Shown: positions 19,177 to 28,858 of the stretch, in pieces
How positions within the stretch are numbered: the stretch's first letter is position 1
How the letters are laid out: each line of letters opens with the position of its first letter
DNA from: an uncultured Pelagibacteraceae bacterium
Lineage (GTDB): Bacteria > Pseudomonadota > Alphaproteobacteria > Pelagibacterales > Pelagibacteraceae
Length of the DNA stretch: 64,000 nt
Assembly: GCA_902581585.1 (NCBI GenBank)
Contig: CACHPB010000002.1
Location: forward strand, 64,709 to 128,708
Direction of reading: 5' to 3'
The notes under the pieces: generated by a model
The model's database searches: none
What the model was told of the DNA's origin: nothing
The model's input: only the letters and a program-made list of their open reading frames with translations
Made by a program: the position numbers and the translations under genes

Positions 19177-21180
19177 ATGAGGAAATTTCTTAAAAGTAAT
19201 TTTTTATTTATTTTTGGTCCTTTTATTTTTTTATGGTCCTTAAGATATTTAATACCAAATTATACAATTGCATCAAAAGAACCTCACTGGTTATACATAC
19301 CTCCAAAAAGTTGTTTAGGTGGCTGTGGTACAATTGAGGGTCTCATTCCATTTGTAGATTGGACTAATAATTTAATTCAATTTCTAAGAAGGTATGAAAT
19401 TTTTGGATTATTTACTTTTAGAGACTTTACTAGAGCGCTAGCAAACTATGTTGATGTACTTTTGGAATTTACTGAAGCCTTATTGCATAAAGGATTTGTT
19501 GGTCTAGGGACGGGACCCTTGCCTTGGATAATTATATTAACATTAGCAATAATTTTAGGTTTATATCTAAAAGGATGGAGACTTGCTATGCTTGGTGGTG
19601 GCTGCTTTCTTTACTTAATACTATTTAGCAAGAGAGGTATATGGGAACTTTCTATGAAAACACTTGCAGCTATTTCTGTTTCAGCACCTCTAGCAGCTTT
19701 GATTGGTTTGATGCTCGGAATATTGGCGGCAAAAAGAAAATGGTTTCACGATTTTTTATGGCCACTTCTAAATATTTTGCAATCTTTGCCCCATTTTTCA
19801 TATTTGATTTTAGTAGTAATTTTTTTTGGTATTGGAACAAAAGCTGGTGTAATCGCAACAATTATTTTTGCTTTCCCTCCAATGGCTAGACTTACAATTT
19901 TAGGTATAAAAAATATTTCTTCTGAAATAAAGGAAGCTGGTGTTATGGCAGGTTGTAATAAATGGCAAATGCTTTTTAAAGTTGAAATTCCGTCAGCAAG
20001 ATCTCCTATAATGTTGGGTATAAATCAAGTCATAATGCAATGTTTGGCAATGGTTGTTATAGCAGCTTTTATTGGTCAACCAGGTTTAGGTCATGATTTA
20101 TTAGTTAGGCTTCAAGGATTAAGGTTAGGAGAGGCATTTGAAATTGGTGTTGCGGTTGTATTGATCGCTATTACATTGGATAGGTATAGTCAAGCATTAG
20201 CAGTTAAAGAACCTGTAAGAAGAGAGGGTAGTATTTTTCAAAAATATCCATTTGCAATTTCAACTCTTACAGCAATAGTTATTTGTACTATTTTGGTTAA
20301 TATATTCCCTTTTTTTAATGAATTTCCAAAAGATATGACCATTTCAGCCTCTGTATATTTAGATAACGCAATTAAATCATTTACTCGATCACTGTTTGTC
20401 CCTTTAGGAATATTTAGAGATTGGATGTTAATTTATTTTTTGATGCCGTTAAAAGCCACATTTCAATCATTGCCTTGGACAGGTGTTATGCTTTTAGTAG
20501 GAGCTATTGGATGGAAACTAGGAAGATGGAAAATATGTGTTACAGTTATGTTATTTGTTTTCTTTATAGCTTCTTCAGGTTATTGGGTAAGAGCAATGAT
20601 AACAGTTTATATGGTGTTTGCATCACTTTTAATATGCTCAATGATTGGTATACCCTTAGGTATTTGGGCTTCAAAAAAAGAAAATAGATCAAAACTAGTA
20701 TTAAATATATGTGATGTATTTCAAACATTTCCATCCTTTATATATCTTCTGCCTGCAATTATGCTGTTTCAGATTAGTGATGTATCAGCAATATTTGCAA
20801 TTGTAATATATTCCTCTATTCCAATGATTAGATATACGATATTTGGATTAAGAAGTGTTCCTCAACATATTATCGAAGCCGCCATAACATCAGGATGCAC
20901 CCAAAGACAATTACTTTGGAAAGTAAGAATGCCTCTAGCTTTTCCAGAGATTATATTAGGTGCTAATCAAACTTTAATGTTCTCATTATTTATGGTTATG
21001 ATTGCTGGTTTTATTGGAACAGTTGATTTGTCTCAAGAAATTTTTAGAGCTTTATCCTTTAGCGACGGGGGAAAAGGATTGATTATTGGTTTATGTGTTG
21101 CTTTTATTGGTTTAACTGCTGATAGATTATTAGTGGAATGGTCAAAACAAATGAAATTAAAATTAGGGTTTAAAAATTAA
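19177..21180 (+). CDS. tmoV: Tandem-domain ProW-like ABC permease
   Basis: Two permease repeats (EAGVMAGC / EAAITSGC loops, QSLPHFSYL / QTFPSFIYL). Confidence 0.85.
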   Translation: MRKFLKSNFLFIFGPFIFLWSLRYLIPNYTIASKEPHWLYIPPKSCLGGCGTIEGLIPFVDWTNNLIQFLRRYEIFGLFTFRDFTRALANYVDVLLEFTEALLHKGFVGLGTGPLPWIIILTLAIILGLYLKGWRLAMLGGGCFLYLILFSKRGIWELSMKTLAAISVSAPLAALIGLMLGILAAKRKWFHDFLWPLLNILQSLPHFSYLILVVIFFGIGTKAGVIATIIFAFPPMARLTILGIKNISSEIKEAGVMAGCNKWQMLFKVEIPSARSPIMLGINQVIMQCLAMVVIAAFIGQPGLGHDLLVRLQGLRLGEAFEIGVAVVLIAITLDRYSQALAVKEPVRREGSIFQKYPFAISTLTAIVICTILVNIFPFFNEFPKDMTISASVYLDNAIKSFTRSLFVPLGIFRDWMLIYFLMPLKATFQSLPWTGVMLLVGAIGWKLGRWKICVTVMLFVFFIASSGYWVRAMITVYMVFASLLICSMIGIPLGIWASKKENRSKLVLNICDVFQTFPSFIYLLPAIMLFQISDVSAIFAIVIYSSIPMIRYTIFGLRSVPQHIIEAAITSGCTQRQLLWKVRMPLAFPEIILGANQTLMFSLFMVMIAGFIGTVDLSQEIFRALSFSDGGKGLIIGLCVAFIGLTADRLLVEWSKQMKLKLGFKN

Positions 21181-21210
21181 TTAAAAAAATTAGCGTGAGA
21201 AAATTAATTA

Positions 21211-22689
21211 ATGAAAAAATTTATTGTTTCAATAGACCAAGGAACTACATCAACTAGATCTATTTTATTTGATTTAAATGGAAAGTCTATTTTTACTTCC
21301 CAATTAGAATTCAAACAATATTTTCCTAAGAATGGTTGGGTAGAACATGATCCTAATGAGATTTGGTTTTCAACACTTAAAACCCTTAAACAGGTTATAA
21401 AAAAAGCTCATAAAATGAGAGGATGTATACTTTCAATTGGAATTACTAATCAAAGAGAGACTACAATTTTGTGGAATAAAAAAACAGGAAAACCAATTTA
21501 TAATGCAATTGTTTGGCAAGATAGAAGAACAGCAAATATTTGTTCAAATTTAAAAAAAAGGAGTTTGGAAAAATCTTTTAGAAAAAAAACTGGTTTATTT
21601 ATTGACTCTTATTTTTCAGGGACAAAAATAAAATGGATAATAGAAAATATAAAAAAATCAAAAAAATTAATAAAAGAAAAGAACTTGTTATTCGGAACAG
21701 TAGATACTTATTTAATTTGGAAATTGACAAATAAAAAAAAACATTTGACAGATGCAACTAATGCTAGTCGTACATTATTGTATAATATTAATTCAAACAA
21801 ATGGGATATAGAAATATTAAAAAAGTTAAAAATTCCAAAATCTATTCTGCCAGATGTTAAAAATTCTGCAGACGAATTTGGCTTCACAGATAAAAAAATA
21901 GTTGGAGAGATAATACCTATTAATGCAGTATTAGGTGATCAACAAGCAGCTGCCTTTGGACATGCTTGTTTTGAAAGAGGCTCGGTTAAATCAACTTATG
22001 GGACCGGTGCTTTTGCTATTATGAATACTGGAAAAAAAAAAATATTTTCAAAAAATAAATTGTTAACTACAGTATTGTTAAGAATAAATAATAAAAATAC
22101 ATATGCGTTAGAGGGTTCTATTTTTATTGCAGGCGCTGGTATACAATGGCTTAGGGATAAACTAAAATTAATAAACAATGTTCATGAAACAGAAAAAATA
22201 ATTAAATCAAAAAAAAATAATAATGGAGTATTTCTGGTACCAGCATTTGTTGGTCTTGGAGCACCTTACTGGATCCCTAAATCAAAAGGTATAATCACTG
22301 GTCTTACAAGAAATTCGGATTGGAAAGATTTAGTTAAAGCAACAGTAGAATCTGTAGCTTATCAAAGTTATGATCTTTTTGAGTCAATGAGAAGAGATGG
22401 ATTAAAAGCAAAAGTTATTAAAGTAGATGGTGGAATGATTTCAAATAATTGGTTTATCCAATTTCTATCTGACATATTGGATACAAAAGTTATAAAACCA
22501 GCAAATCTTGAAACTTCAGCTTTGGGAGTTGCTCTGCTATCAGGATATCAATATGGAGTCTATAAGTCTATCAATGAAATAAAACTAAAATGTAAAATTG
22601 AGACTTATTTCTATCCAAAAATTAATAAATCAGTTAGAAATAATTTATTGAAAGGATGGAAACAAGCAATTAGTCAAGCTATTAATTAA
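21211..22689 (+). CDS. glpK: Glycerol kinase
   Basis: IDQGTTS, GWVEHDP, GITNQRET, AIVWQDRR, TDATNASRT, GDQQAA, GLGAPYW. Confidence 0.93.
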   Translation: MKKFIVSIDQGTTSTRSILFDLNGKSIFTSQLEFKQYFPKNGWVEHDPNEIWFSTLKTLKQVIKKAHKMRGCILSIGITNQRETTILWNKKTGKPIYNAIVWQDRRTANICSNLKKRSLEKSFRKKTGLFIDSYFSGTKIKWIIENIKKSKKLIKEKNLLFGTVDTYLIWKLTNKKKHLTDATNASRTLLYNINSNKWDIEILKKLKIPKSILPDVKNSADEFGFTDKKIVGEIIPINAVLGDQQAAAFGHACFERGSVKSTYGTGAFAIMNTGKKKIFSKNKLLTTVLLRINNKNTYALEGSIFIAGAGIQWLRDKLKLINNVHETEKIIKSKKNNNGVFLVPAFVGLGAPYWIPKSKGIITGLTRNSDWKDLVKATVESVAYQSYDLFESMRRDGLKAKVIKVDGGMISNNWFIQFLSDILDTKVIKPANLETSALGVALLSGYQYGVYKSINEIKLKCKIETYFYPKINKSVRNNLLKGWKQAISQAIN

Positions 22690-22693
22690 ATTT

Positions 22694-23650
22694 ATGAAAA
22701 GAATTTTAATTATTGGAGGTGGTGCCATGGGGTCAGCCTTTTCTGTTCCATGTATAGATAATAATCATAAAGTATTTATAACAGAGCCATATAGTCAAAG
22801 ATTTATAAAAAATTTATCATCAAAAAATAAATTTCATTCAGGCTTAAAAATTAATCTTTCAAAAAAACTAATATTTAAAAAATATTCCAAAGAATTATTT
22901 TTGGAAAAATACGATCTTATTGTTGTAGCATTAAGCTTAACAGGTATGGATTTCATAGCGAAACAACTTAAAAAATTTAAGGTAAAATCTCCAATTTTAG
23001 TTCTTACAAAAGGTCTTAAATATGACAAGCAAAATAAACATATTATAACCATTTCACAAACTCTTTTAAAAAGTATCCCTAAACTTAATATATCAGTTTT
23101 GAAAGGACCATGTTTAGCTAGAGAATTAGCTAGAAAATGCCAAACAAGTGTGATTATCGCCAACAAAAATATTAAGATTGCAAAATTGTTGGGTAAAATA
23201 ATTTCAACAAAATACTATTTGATCGAATATTCTAAAGATGTGGTTGGTGTTGAAATATGTTCAGCAATAAAAAATATTTATTCTATGATAATTGGCTCTG
23301 GTTTGAGATTGAATAAATCTTCAAGTTTATTTCAAAAATCTTTGTCTGAAATGAAATACATAACTAAACAGTTAAATGGAAAAGAAGATACTGTTTTAAC
23401 TTTAGCAGGTGTTGGAGACTTGTATGTAAGCGCTGCAGGTGGAAGAAACAGTAAAATGGGAAACTATTTAGGACAAGGTTTTACTTTTAAAAGTGCTAAA
23501 AAAAATTTTATGGCAAATGATACTGTAGAAGGTGAACAACTTGTGAGAGAAATTGCACCTTATATTTTAAAAAAGTTTAATTCGAAGAAAATTCCTTTAA
23601 TGTTTCAAATGATTAGAGCAATTCTAAAAAATAAAAAATTTATAATTTAA
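22694..23650 (+). CDS. gpsA: NAD(P)-dependent glycerol-3-phosphate dehydrogenase-like, divergent
   Basis: IIGGGAMG, TKG, GPCLA.E, D..GVE...AIKN, LAGVGDL, RN..G, EG. Confidence 0.75.
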   Translation: MKRILIIGGGAMGSAFSVPCIDNNHKVFITEPYSQRFIKNLSSKNKFHSGLKINLSKKLIFKKYSKELFLEKYDLIVVALSLTGMDFIAKQLKKFKVKSPILVLTKGLKYDKQNKHIITISQTLLKSIPKLNISVLKGPCLARELARKCQTSVIIANKNIKIAKLLGKIISTKYYLIEYSKDVVGVEICSAIKNIYSMIIGSGLRLNKSSSLFQKSLSEMKYITKQLNGKEDTVLTLAGVGDLYVSAAGGRNSKMGNYLGQGFTFKSAKKNFMANDTVEGEQLVREIAPYILKKFNSKKIPLMFQMIRAILKNKKFII

Positions 23651-23700
23651 AAAATATTAAATTTGTTGACTTTTTGAGCTGCAAAGACTTTTTATACCTA

Positions 23701-23729
23701 TTGTCATTCATTTCTCTCGCTGATACATT
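23701..23729 (+). promoter_or_regulatory. Possible sigma70 promoter of the sugar SBP
   Basis: TTGTCA-17 nt-TACATT, then RBS gagggga. Confidence 0.4.
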
Positions 23730-23762
23730 TGTTTTATTAATCTACGAAAAGAGGGGAAATCA

Positions 23763-25091
23763 ATGATTAAAAAAATAGTAATAACTGTCTGTACTCTAAT
23801 ATTTTTTGTTACAAATATTAGTTTTGCAGACATCACTTTTTGGACTACAGAAGTTCAACCAGCTAGAATGGCAAAACAAGAAGCTATGGCCAAGGATTTT
23901 GAGGCTAAAACTGGCATTAAGGTTGAGGTTATTCCTGTAGAAGAAAAAGATTTAGGAACAAGAGCAACAGCAGCAGCAGCAGCAGGTGATCTTCCAGATG
24001 TAATATATCATACTTTGCAATATGTTTTACCTTGGGCAGAAGCTGGAATATTAGATGTAGATGCTAATAATGCAGTTGTTAAAGATCTTGGTAAAAAAAC
24101 TTTTGCACCAGGCGCATTAAACATGGCTAAAAGCGGATCTAAAATAGCAGCAGTACCAGTTGATGGCTGGACTCAAATGGTAGTCTATAGAAAAGACTTA
24201 TTTGAAAAAGCAGGTCTTGCACCACCCACGAGCTATGAAAATATAACTAAAGCAGTAGAAGCACTTTCTGGAGATGGAATGTTTGGTTTTGTTGCAGCTA
24301 CAAAAACTGATGAAAACTTCATGAGCCAAGTTTTAGAACATGTTCTTTTAGCAAATGGAGTAAACGTTGTTAAAAAAGGAAAAGTAAGAAAACAAGGTAA
24401 AAAACTAAAGGCAGCTTTAGAGTTTTACAAAGTTATTGCAAATGCTAGTCCTCCAGGAGAATTATATTGGAAGCAATCTAGAGAATTATACTTTGCTGGA
24501 AAAACTCCAATGATAATTTGGTCACCATTTATTATGGATGAACTCGCAGGTTTAAGAGACTCTGCACCTCCAACAATAAATGATGATCCAACTTCTAGTG
24601 AGTTAGCTTCAAAAACAGGTTTTATTACTAACTTTAGTGGACCTAACAATAAAAAGGGTGCTGCATGGGCCGACATAAGATATTTTGGTATTACAGCTGA
24701 TGCTGATACTGAGGAAGCAAGTGCATTTGTTAAATACTCAATGGATGAAGGTTATACCCAAACTCTTTCTATTGCACCAGAAGGTAAATTTCCTGTGAGA
24801 AGAGGAAACGCAAGTGATCCAGCAGCATTTACAAAAGCTTGGAGCAAATTACCTGTTGGGGTTGACAGAAAAGCACCTTTATCAGATTTATACTCTGAAG
24901 ATGTTATAAACAATATTGTAGCTGGATTAGATAAGGCTAATAGATGGGGTGTAAAAGAGGGTGAACTTTCTAGAGCATCCAAAATTATTAACAACAAGTT
25001 TATAAATAGAATAACTAGACTATACGTTGATGGACAGATTGATATTGATCAAGCAGTTGATATGATCAATCAAAAACTGGCTCAATTCTAG
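23763..25091 (+). CDS. CUT1 carbohydrate ABC substrate-binding protein
   Basis: Signal peptide, FEAKTGIKVEV, AAGDLPDV, AVP...W...YRKDLF. Confidence 0.88.
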   Translation: MIKKIVITVCTLIFFVTNISFADITFWTTEVQPARMAKQEAMAKDFEAKTGIKVEVIPVEEKDLGTRATAAAAAGDLPDVIYHTLQYVLPWAEAGILDVDANNAVVKDLGKKTFAPGALNMAKSGSKIAAVPVDGWTQMVVYRKDLFEKAGLAPPTSYENITKAVEALSGDGMFGFVAATKTDENFMSQVLEHVLLANGVNVVKKGKVRKQGKKLKAALEFYKVIANASPPGELYWKQSRELYFAGKTPMIIWSPFIMDELAGLRDSAPPTINDDPTSSELASKTGFITNFSGPNNKKGAAWADIRYFGITADADTEEASAFVKYSMDEGYTQTLSIAPEGKFPVRRGNASDPAAFTKAWSKLPVGVDRKAPLSDLYSEDVINNIVAGLDKANRWGVKEGELSRASKIINNKFINRITRLYVDGQIDIDQAVDMINQKLAQF

Positions 25092-25112
25092 ATTATAAAA
25101 TAAATTTTAATG

Positions 25113-25142
25113 AAAGCGGATAATGTGTATTATCCGCTTTTA
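25113..25142 (+). terminator. Hairpin between the sugar SBP and permease
   Basis: aaagcggataat-gtgt-attatccgcttt. Confidence 0.7.
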
Positions 25143-25144
25143 TT

Positions 25145-26404
25145 ATGAGCGATACACTTTCAAAAATAGAAAAAAGAACTGCCTATATTTTATTATTACC
25201 TGCAGTTTTTCTTGTTTTTTCAATCATATTATTTCCTATATTTGCTAATGTTTGGATTAGTTTTAAGGAAGTAGGCCTAAAAGATATAAGAATTCCAGAA
25301 CCTAGAGCAAAAAAAATAGTTAAATCGATTAAAGATAGCTCAGATGAGATAAAGATAATTTATAAGTTAAGAAACAGCTCGTTAATATTGGATATACGGG
25401 ATGTAAAATTTCAAGATAAAATCCCAAAGAATGTTGAACCCGTAAATTTAGATGAAAGATGCCAATTTAAATCAAATATTATTAATTGTAATTTTGGGAA
25501 TTGGAAAGCTAAATACAAAGAGAATTTTCAAATCATTTTAAAAAATAAGAAGGGTGAAAAAATCAACAAAAAAGAAATTAAGTCTATTAAACCAAAATTA
25601 TCAGGTAAATCAGACAATATTCTTTTAAATACCAACTTCACATTAAAAAATTTTAAAAAAGTTTTTTTTCAAAACGAATTTTTTGATCTTTTAATGACGA
25701 CATTTTATTATACTTTTTTTGGGACAATAGGATCAATAGTTTTTGGAATTTTAGCAGCTCAGCTTGTAAATCAAAAATTTTTTGGAAGAACATTTATGAG
25801 AAGCATACTTCTTTTTCCTTATGTAGGACCTGTTGTTGCCTTAGCATATACTTGGGAACTATTATTGGATCCTTACAGTGGTACTTTAAATAACCTTTTA
25901 TTAAATTTTCAAGTTATTCAAGAGCCTTTAAACCTACTAGGTCAAAAATATTTAACTATTAATTTTTTTGGTTTTGATTTGAAATTAAGATTAGCATTAA
26001 CAACTGTTATTATTTTCGAAATTTGGCGTTATTTCCCTTTAGCTTTTTTATTTATACTTGCTCGACTACAGGCTGTTCCAAAAGAATTATACGAAGCAGC
26101 TGATGTAGATGGTGCGGGACCTGTCCAAAAATTTGTCAGTATTACACTTCCTCAAATCACAGCAGTTATATCTATTTTATTTATGATAAGATTTATTTGG
26201 AACTTTAATAAGTTTGAGGATATTTTTCTACTTACTGGTGGTGCATCTGGCACGAGAACTTTACCAATAAATGTTTATGAACAAGGATTTACAATATCTG
26301 ATATTGGTATGGGTTCTGCTGTATCCATTGTAATTGTTGCTCTACTTTTAGTTTTTATGTTTGTCTATTTTAGACTTTTAGGGAAGAGGGCAGATGAAAA
26401 TTAG
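25145..26404 (+). CDS. MalF-like sugar ABC permease with a large periplasmic insertion
   Basis: ELYEAADVDGAG EAA loop, and an approximately 120-aa hydrophilic insert after TM1. Confidence 0.88.
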   Translation: MSDTLSKIEKRTAYILLLPAVFLVFSIILFPIFANVWISFKEVGLKDIRIPEPRAKKIVKSIKDSSDEIKIIYKLRNSSLILDIRDVKFQDKIPKNVEPVNLDERCQFKSNIINCNFGNWKAKYKENFQIILKNKKGEKINKKEIKSIKPKLSGKSDNILLNTNFTLKNFKKVFFQNEFFDLLMTTFYYTFFGTIGSIVFGILAAQLVNQKFFGRTFMRSILLFPYVGPVVALAYTWELLLDPYSGTLNNLLLNFQVIQEPLNLLGQKYLTINFFGFDLKLRLALTTVIIFEIWRYFPLAFLFILARLQAVPKELYEAADVDGAGPVQKFVSITLPQITAVISILFMIRFIWNFNKFEDIFLLTGGASGTRTLPINVYEQGFTISDIGMGSAVSIVIVALLLVFMFVYFRLLGKRADEN

Positions 26405-27587
26405 ATCTTTAATATTATATTCATTCATTTCATCAATTTTTTTATTTTCTTTAATTTCTATTTGGAAGATTTTATCAACATTACAAGGTATCGATTTAAA
26501 GAATTTTAATTTTGCGATTATATTATCTCTCGGTATAGGAATTTCCCTGATCAATCTTGTTATTGGAGATAAATTAAATAATTATGTAAAATCAATAGTA
26601 TTCGCATCTTTCTTCACTTTAATTGATGGATTTATCATCCAAAACATGCCTATTTGGTATAATATTGGTGTATTTGGAATTATTATTTTCTATTCTTTTA
26701 AAATTGATAAATACAATCAAAAAAACTTAGAACTTGAGCATTCGTCTCAATCAGTTTTATTTGAATTTTTAACTCTTTTTGGAATTGTTTTATTTTCATT
26801 TGTAATTTTATTTCCATTTTACATGATGATAGTTACAAGCTTTAAAACACAAGCTGCACTGCTTATAAATCCTTTGGACTTTAGTATTAATTTTGCTCAA
26901 GATATTAAAGAACTGTTTAAATCTTACTTTGTCATCTTTGATACTTATAAATTTGGAAGATATATACTTATCAGTACATTTGTATCAGTTGGTACAGTTA
27001 TAATCACATTAATTTTTGCTATTCCAGCCGCATACGCAGTTGCAAGACTAAATTTTTTTGGAAAAAACTTTTTGTCTACTTCAATATTAATTATTTATAT
27101 GTTTCCTGCTATAGTTTTAGTAATACCTTTGTATACCGTATTTAGTCAGCTAGGGTTAAGAAATAATGTAGGTGGGCTTTTAATAGTATATACAGCAACT
27201 ACTTTGCCAGTTGCGATATATATGCTTCAAGGATATTTTAAAAGTATACCTAAGGAATTAGAAGAAGCTGCTATTATGGATAAATTAAACTGGTTTGGAA
27301 TTATTATAAAAATTATTTTACCATTAAGTATTCCTGCTATTTCTTCAGTTGCTCTTTATGTATTTATGATTGCATGGAATGAATTCTTGTTTTCTTTAAT
27401 GTTTCTAGATAATCCAAATTCATTTACTTTATCAAGAGCGATACAATATTTGAGTGGTGATGCAGAAACCCCTAGACAATATTTAATGGCAGGATCAGTT
27501 GTAGTCACTATTCCAGTTTTATTTATTTTTGTTTATTTTGAAAAATATTTAGTAAGTGGACTAACTGCTGGAAGTGTAAAGGGTTAA
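26394..27587 (+). CDS. MalG-like sugar ABC permease with extra N-terminal TMs
   Basis: IPKELEEAAIMD, AWNEFLF, GLTAGSVKG. Confidence 0.88.
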   Translation: MKIRSLILYSFISSIFLFSLISIWKILSTLQGIDLKNFNFAIILSLGIGISLINLVIGDKLNNYVKSIVFASFFTLIDGFIIQNMPIWYNIGVFGIIIFYSFKIDKYNQKNLELEHSSQSVLFEFLTLFGIVLFSFVILFPFYMMIVTSFKTQAALLINPLDFSINFAQDIKELFKSYFVIFDTYKFGRYILISTFVSVGTVIITLIFAIPAAYAVARLNFFGKNFLSTSILIIYMFPAIVLVIPLYTVFSQLGLRNNVGGLLIVYTATTLPVAIYMLQGYFKSIPKELEEAAIMDKLNWFGIIIKIILPLSIPAISSVALYVFMIAWNEFLFSLMFLDNPNSFTLSRAIQYLSGDAETPRQYLMAGSVVVTIPVLFIFVYFEKYLVSGLTAGSVKG

Positions 27588-28858
27588 TGAAAAAATTTAT
27601 TAATTCAGCTAAAAAAGTGTTATTAGGTAATAAAAAAAAGGGATACACTTTACCAACCAATAATAAATTATACCCAGCTCAATGGAATTGGGACTCTGGA
27701 TTTATAGCTTTAGGCTATTCACATTTTAAACTTAAATATGCTTTAGATGAATTAAATACACTTATTAGAGGTCAATGGAAAGATGGAATGATACCACATA
27801 TTTTATTTCACGATTTAAATACTAATTATTATCCAAACCATTCTGTTTGGGCCTGTGGAAATAAAATTCATTCATCTGGAATTACCCAACCTCCTATTTT
27901 GGCAATAATAATAAAGTTAATTTTAGATAAAAATAAAAATAAAATTAAAAAAGAAAGAGCTGAATTTAAAAAAATTATTAAAGGTGTTTTAAAATATCAC
28001 AAATGGTTCATTAAATTTAGAGACCCAAATAATTCAGGATTAGTCTCAATTTTACATCCATGGGAGAGTGGATATGACAATTCACCTCTATGGGATGATC
28101 CGATGAGTAAAGTAAAAATTCCAAAGAATTTAAAATACAAAAGGGGTGATAACAAAGTGGTTAACCCTGAATTCAGACCTTTAGACATAGATTATGATAG
28201 ATATGTAACAATTAAAAATCACTTAAGAAAAAATAATTATAATCCAAACAAACTTTTCAAAGTTTCGTTATTTAATGTTGTTGATGTTGGATTTAATTCG
28301 ATATTTTTGAGGGCAAATAAAGATCTTGTTAAACTATTAAAAATGTTTGATTTGAAAAGTAATGAAATAGACTCTTATATTTCAAGATCTGAGAAAAAAA
28401 TTGTTAAACTATATAATAAAAAGAATAATAGTTTTTTTAATCTTGATTTAAAAAATAATAAAAAAATAACAATCCCATCTATCACAAATTATTTTATTTT
28501 ATTTGCTGATTTAAAAGATAAAAAATTAAATAATAATATTATCAAAAACCTTAAAAAACATAGCAATAAAGAAAAATATTTCTTTTCAAGTATAAAATCA
28601 AATCATCGAAAATTTGAAGAAAAAAGATATTGGCGAGGCCCAGTGTGGATAAACTGTAATTGGATTATCTATCAAGGATTAAAAAATAAAGATAATAGAT
28701 TTGCAAATCAAATCAAAAAGAAAACAATCGATCTTGTAAAACAAAAAGGTTTTAATGAATATTTTAGTTGCAAAACTGGAAAAGGATTTGGCGCAACCAA
28801 CTTTTCATGGACTGCATCCTTATTTTTAGATTTAATTTTAGAGAATAAATATGAGTAA
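27587..28858 (+). CDS. GH63 glucosylglycerate/mannosylglycerate-hydrolase-like glycosidase
   Basis: LYPAQWNWDS, GMIPHI, SGITQPP, HPWESGYDNSP.WD, YWRGPVW, F.EYF, FSWTA. Confidence 0.82.
   Translation: MKKFINSAKKVLLGNKKKGYTLPTNNKLYPAQWNWDSGFIALGYSHFKLKYALDELNTLIRGQWKDGMIPHILFHDLNTNYYPNHSVWACGNKIHSSGITQPPILAIIIKLILDKNKNKIKKERAEFKKIIKGVLKYHKWFIKFRDPNNSGLVSILHPWESGYDNSPLWDDPMSKVKIPKNLKYKRGDNKVVNPEFRPLDIDYDRYVTIKNHLRKNNYNPNKLFKVSLFNVVDVGFNSIFLRANKDLVKLLKMFDLKSNEIDSYISRSEKKIVKLYNKKNNSFFNLDLKNNKKITIPSITNYFILFADLKDKKLNNNIIKNLKKHSNKEKYFFSSIKSNHRKFEEKRYWRGPVWINCNWIIYQGLKNKDNRFANQIKKKTIDLVKQKGFNEYFSCKTGKGFGATNFSWTASLFLDLILENKYE

Noticed and set aside
23963-23983. GCA trinucleotide run
   Set aside because: It encodes the ATAAAAA stretch before GDLPD in the SBP and is an ordinary coding repeat.
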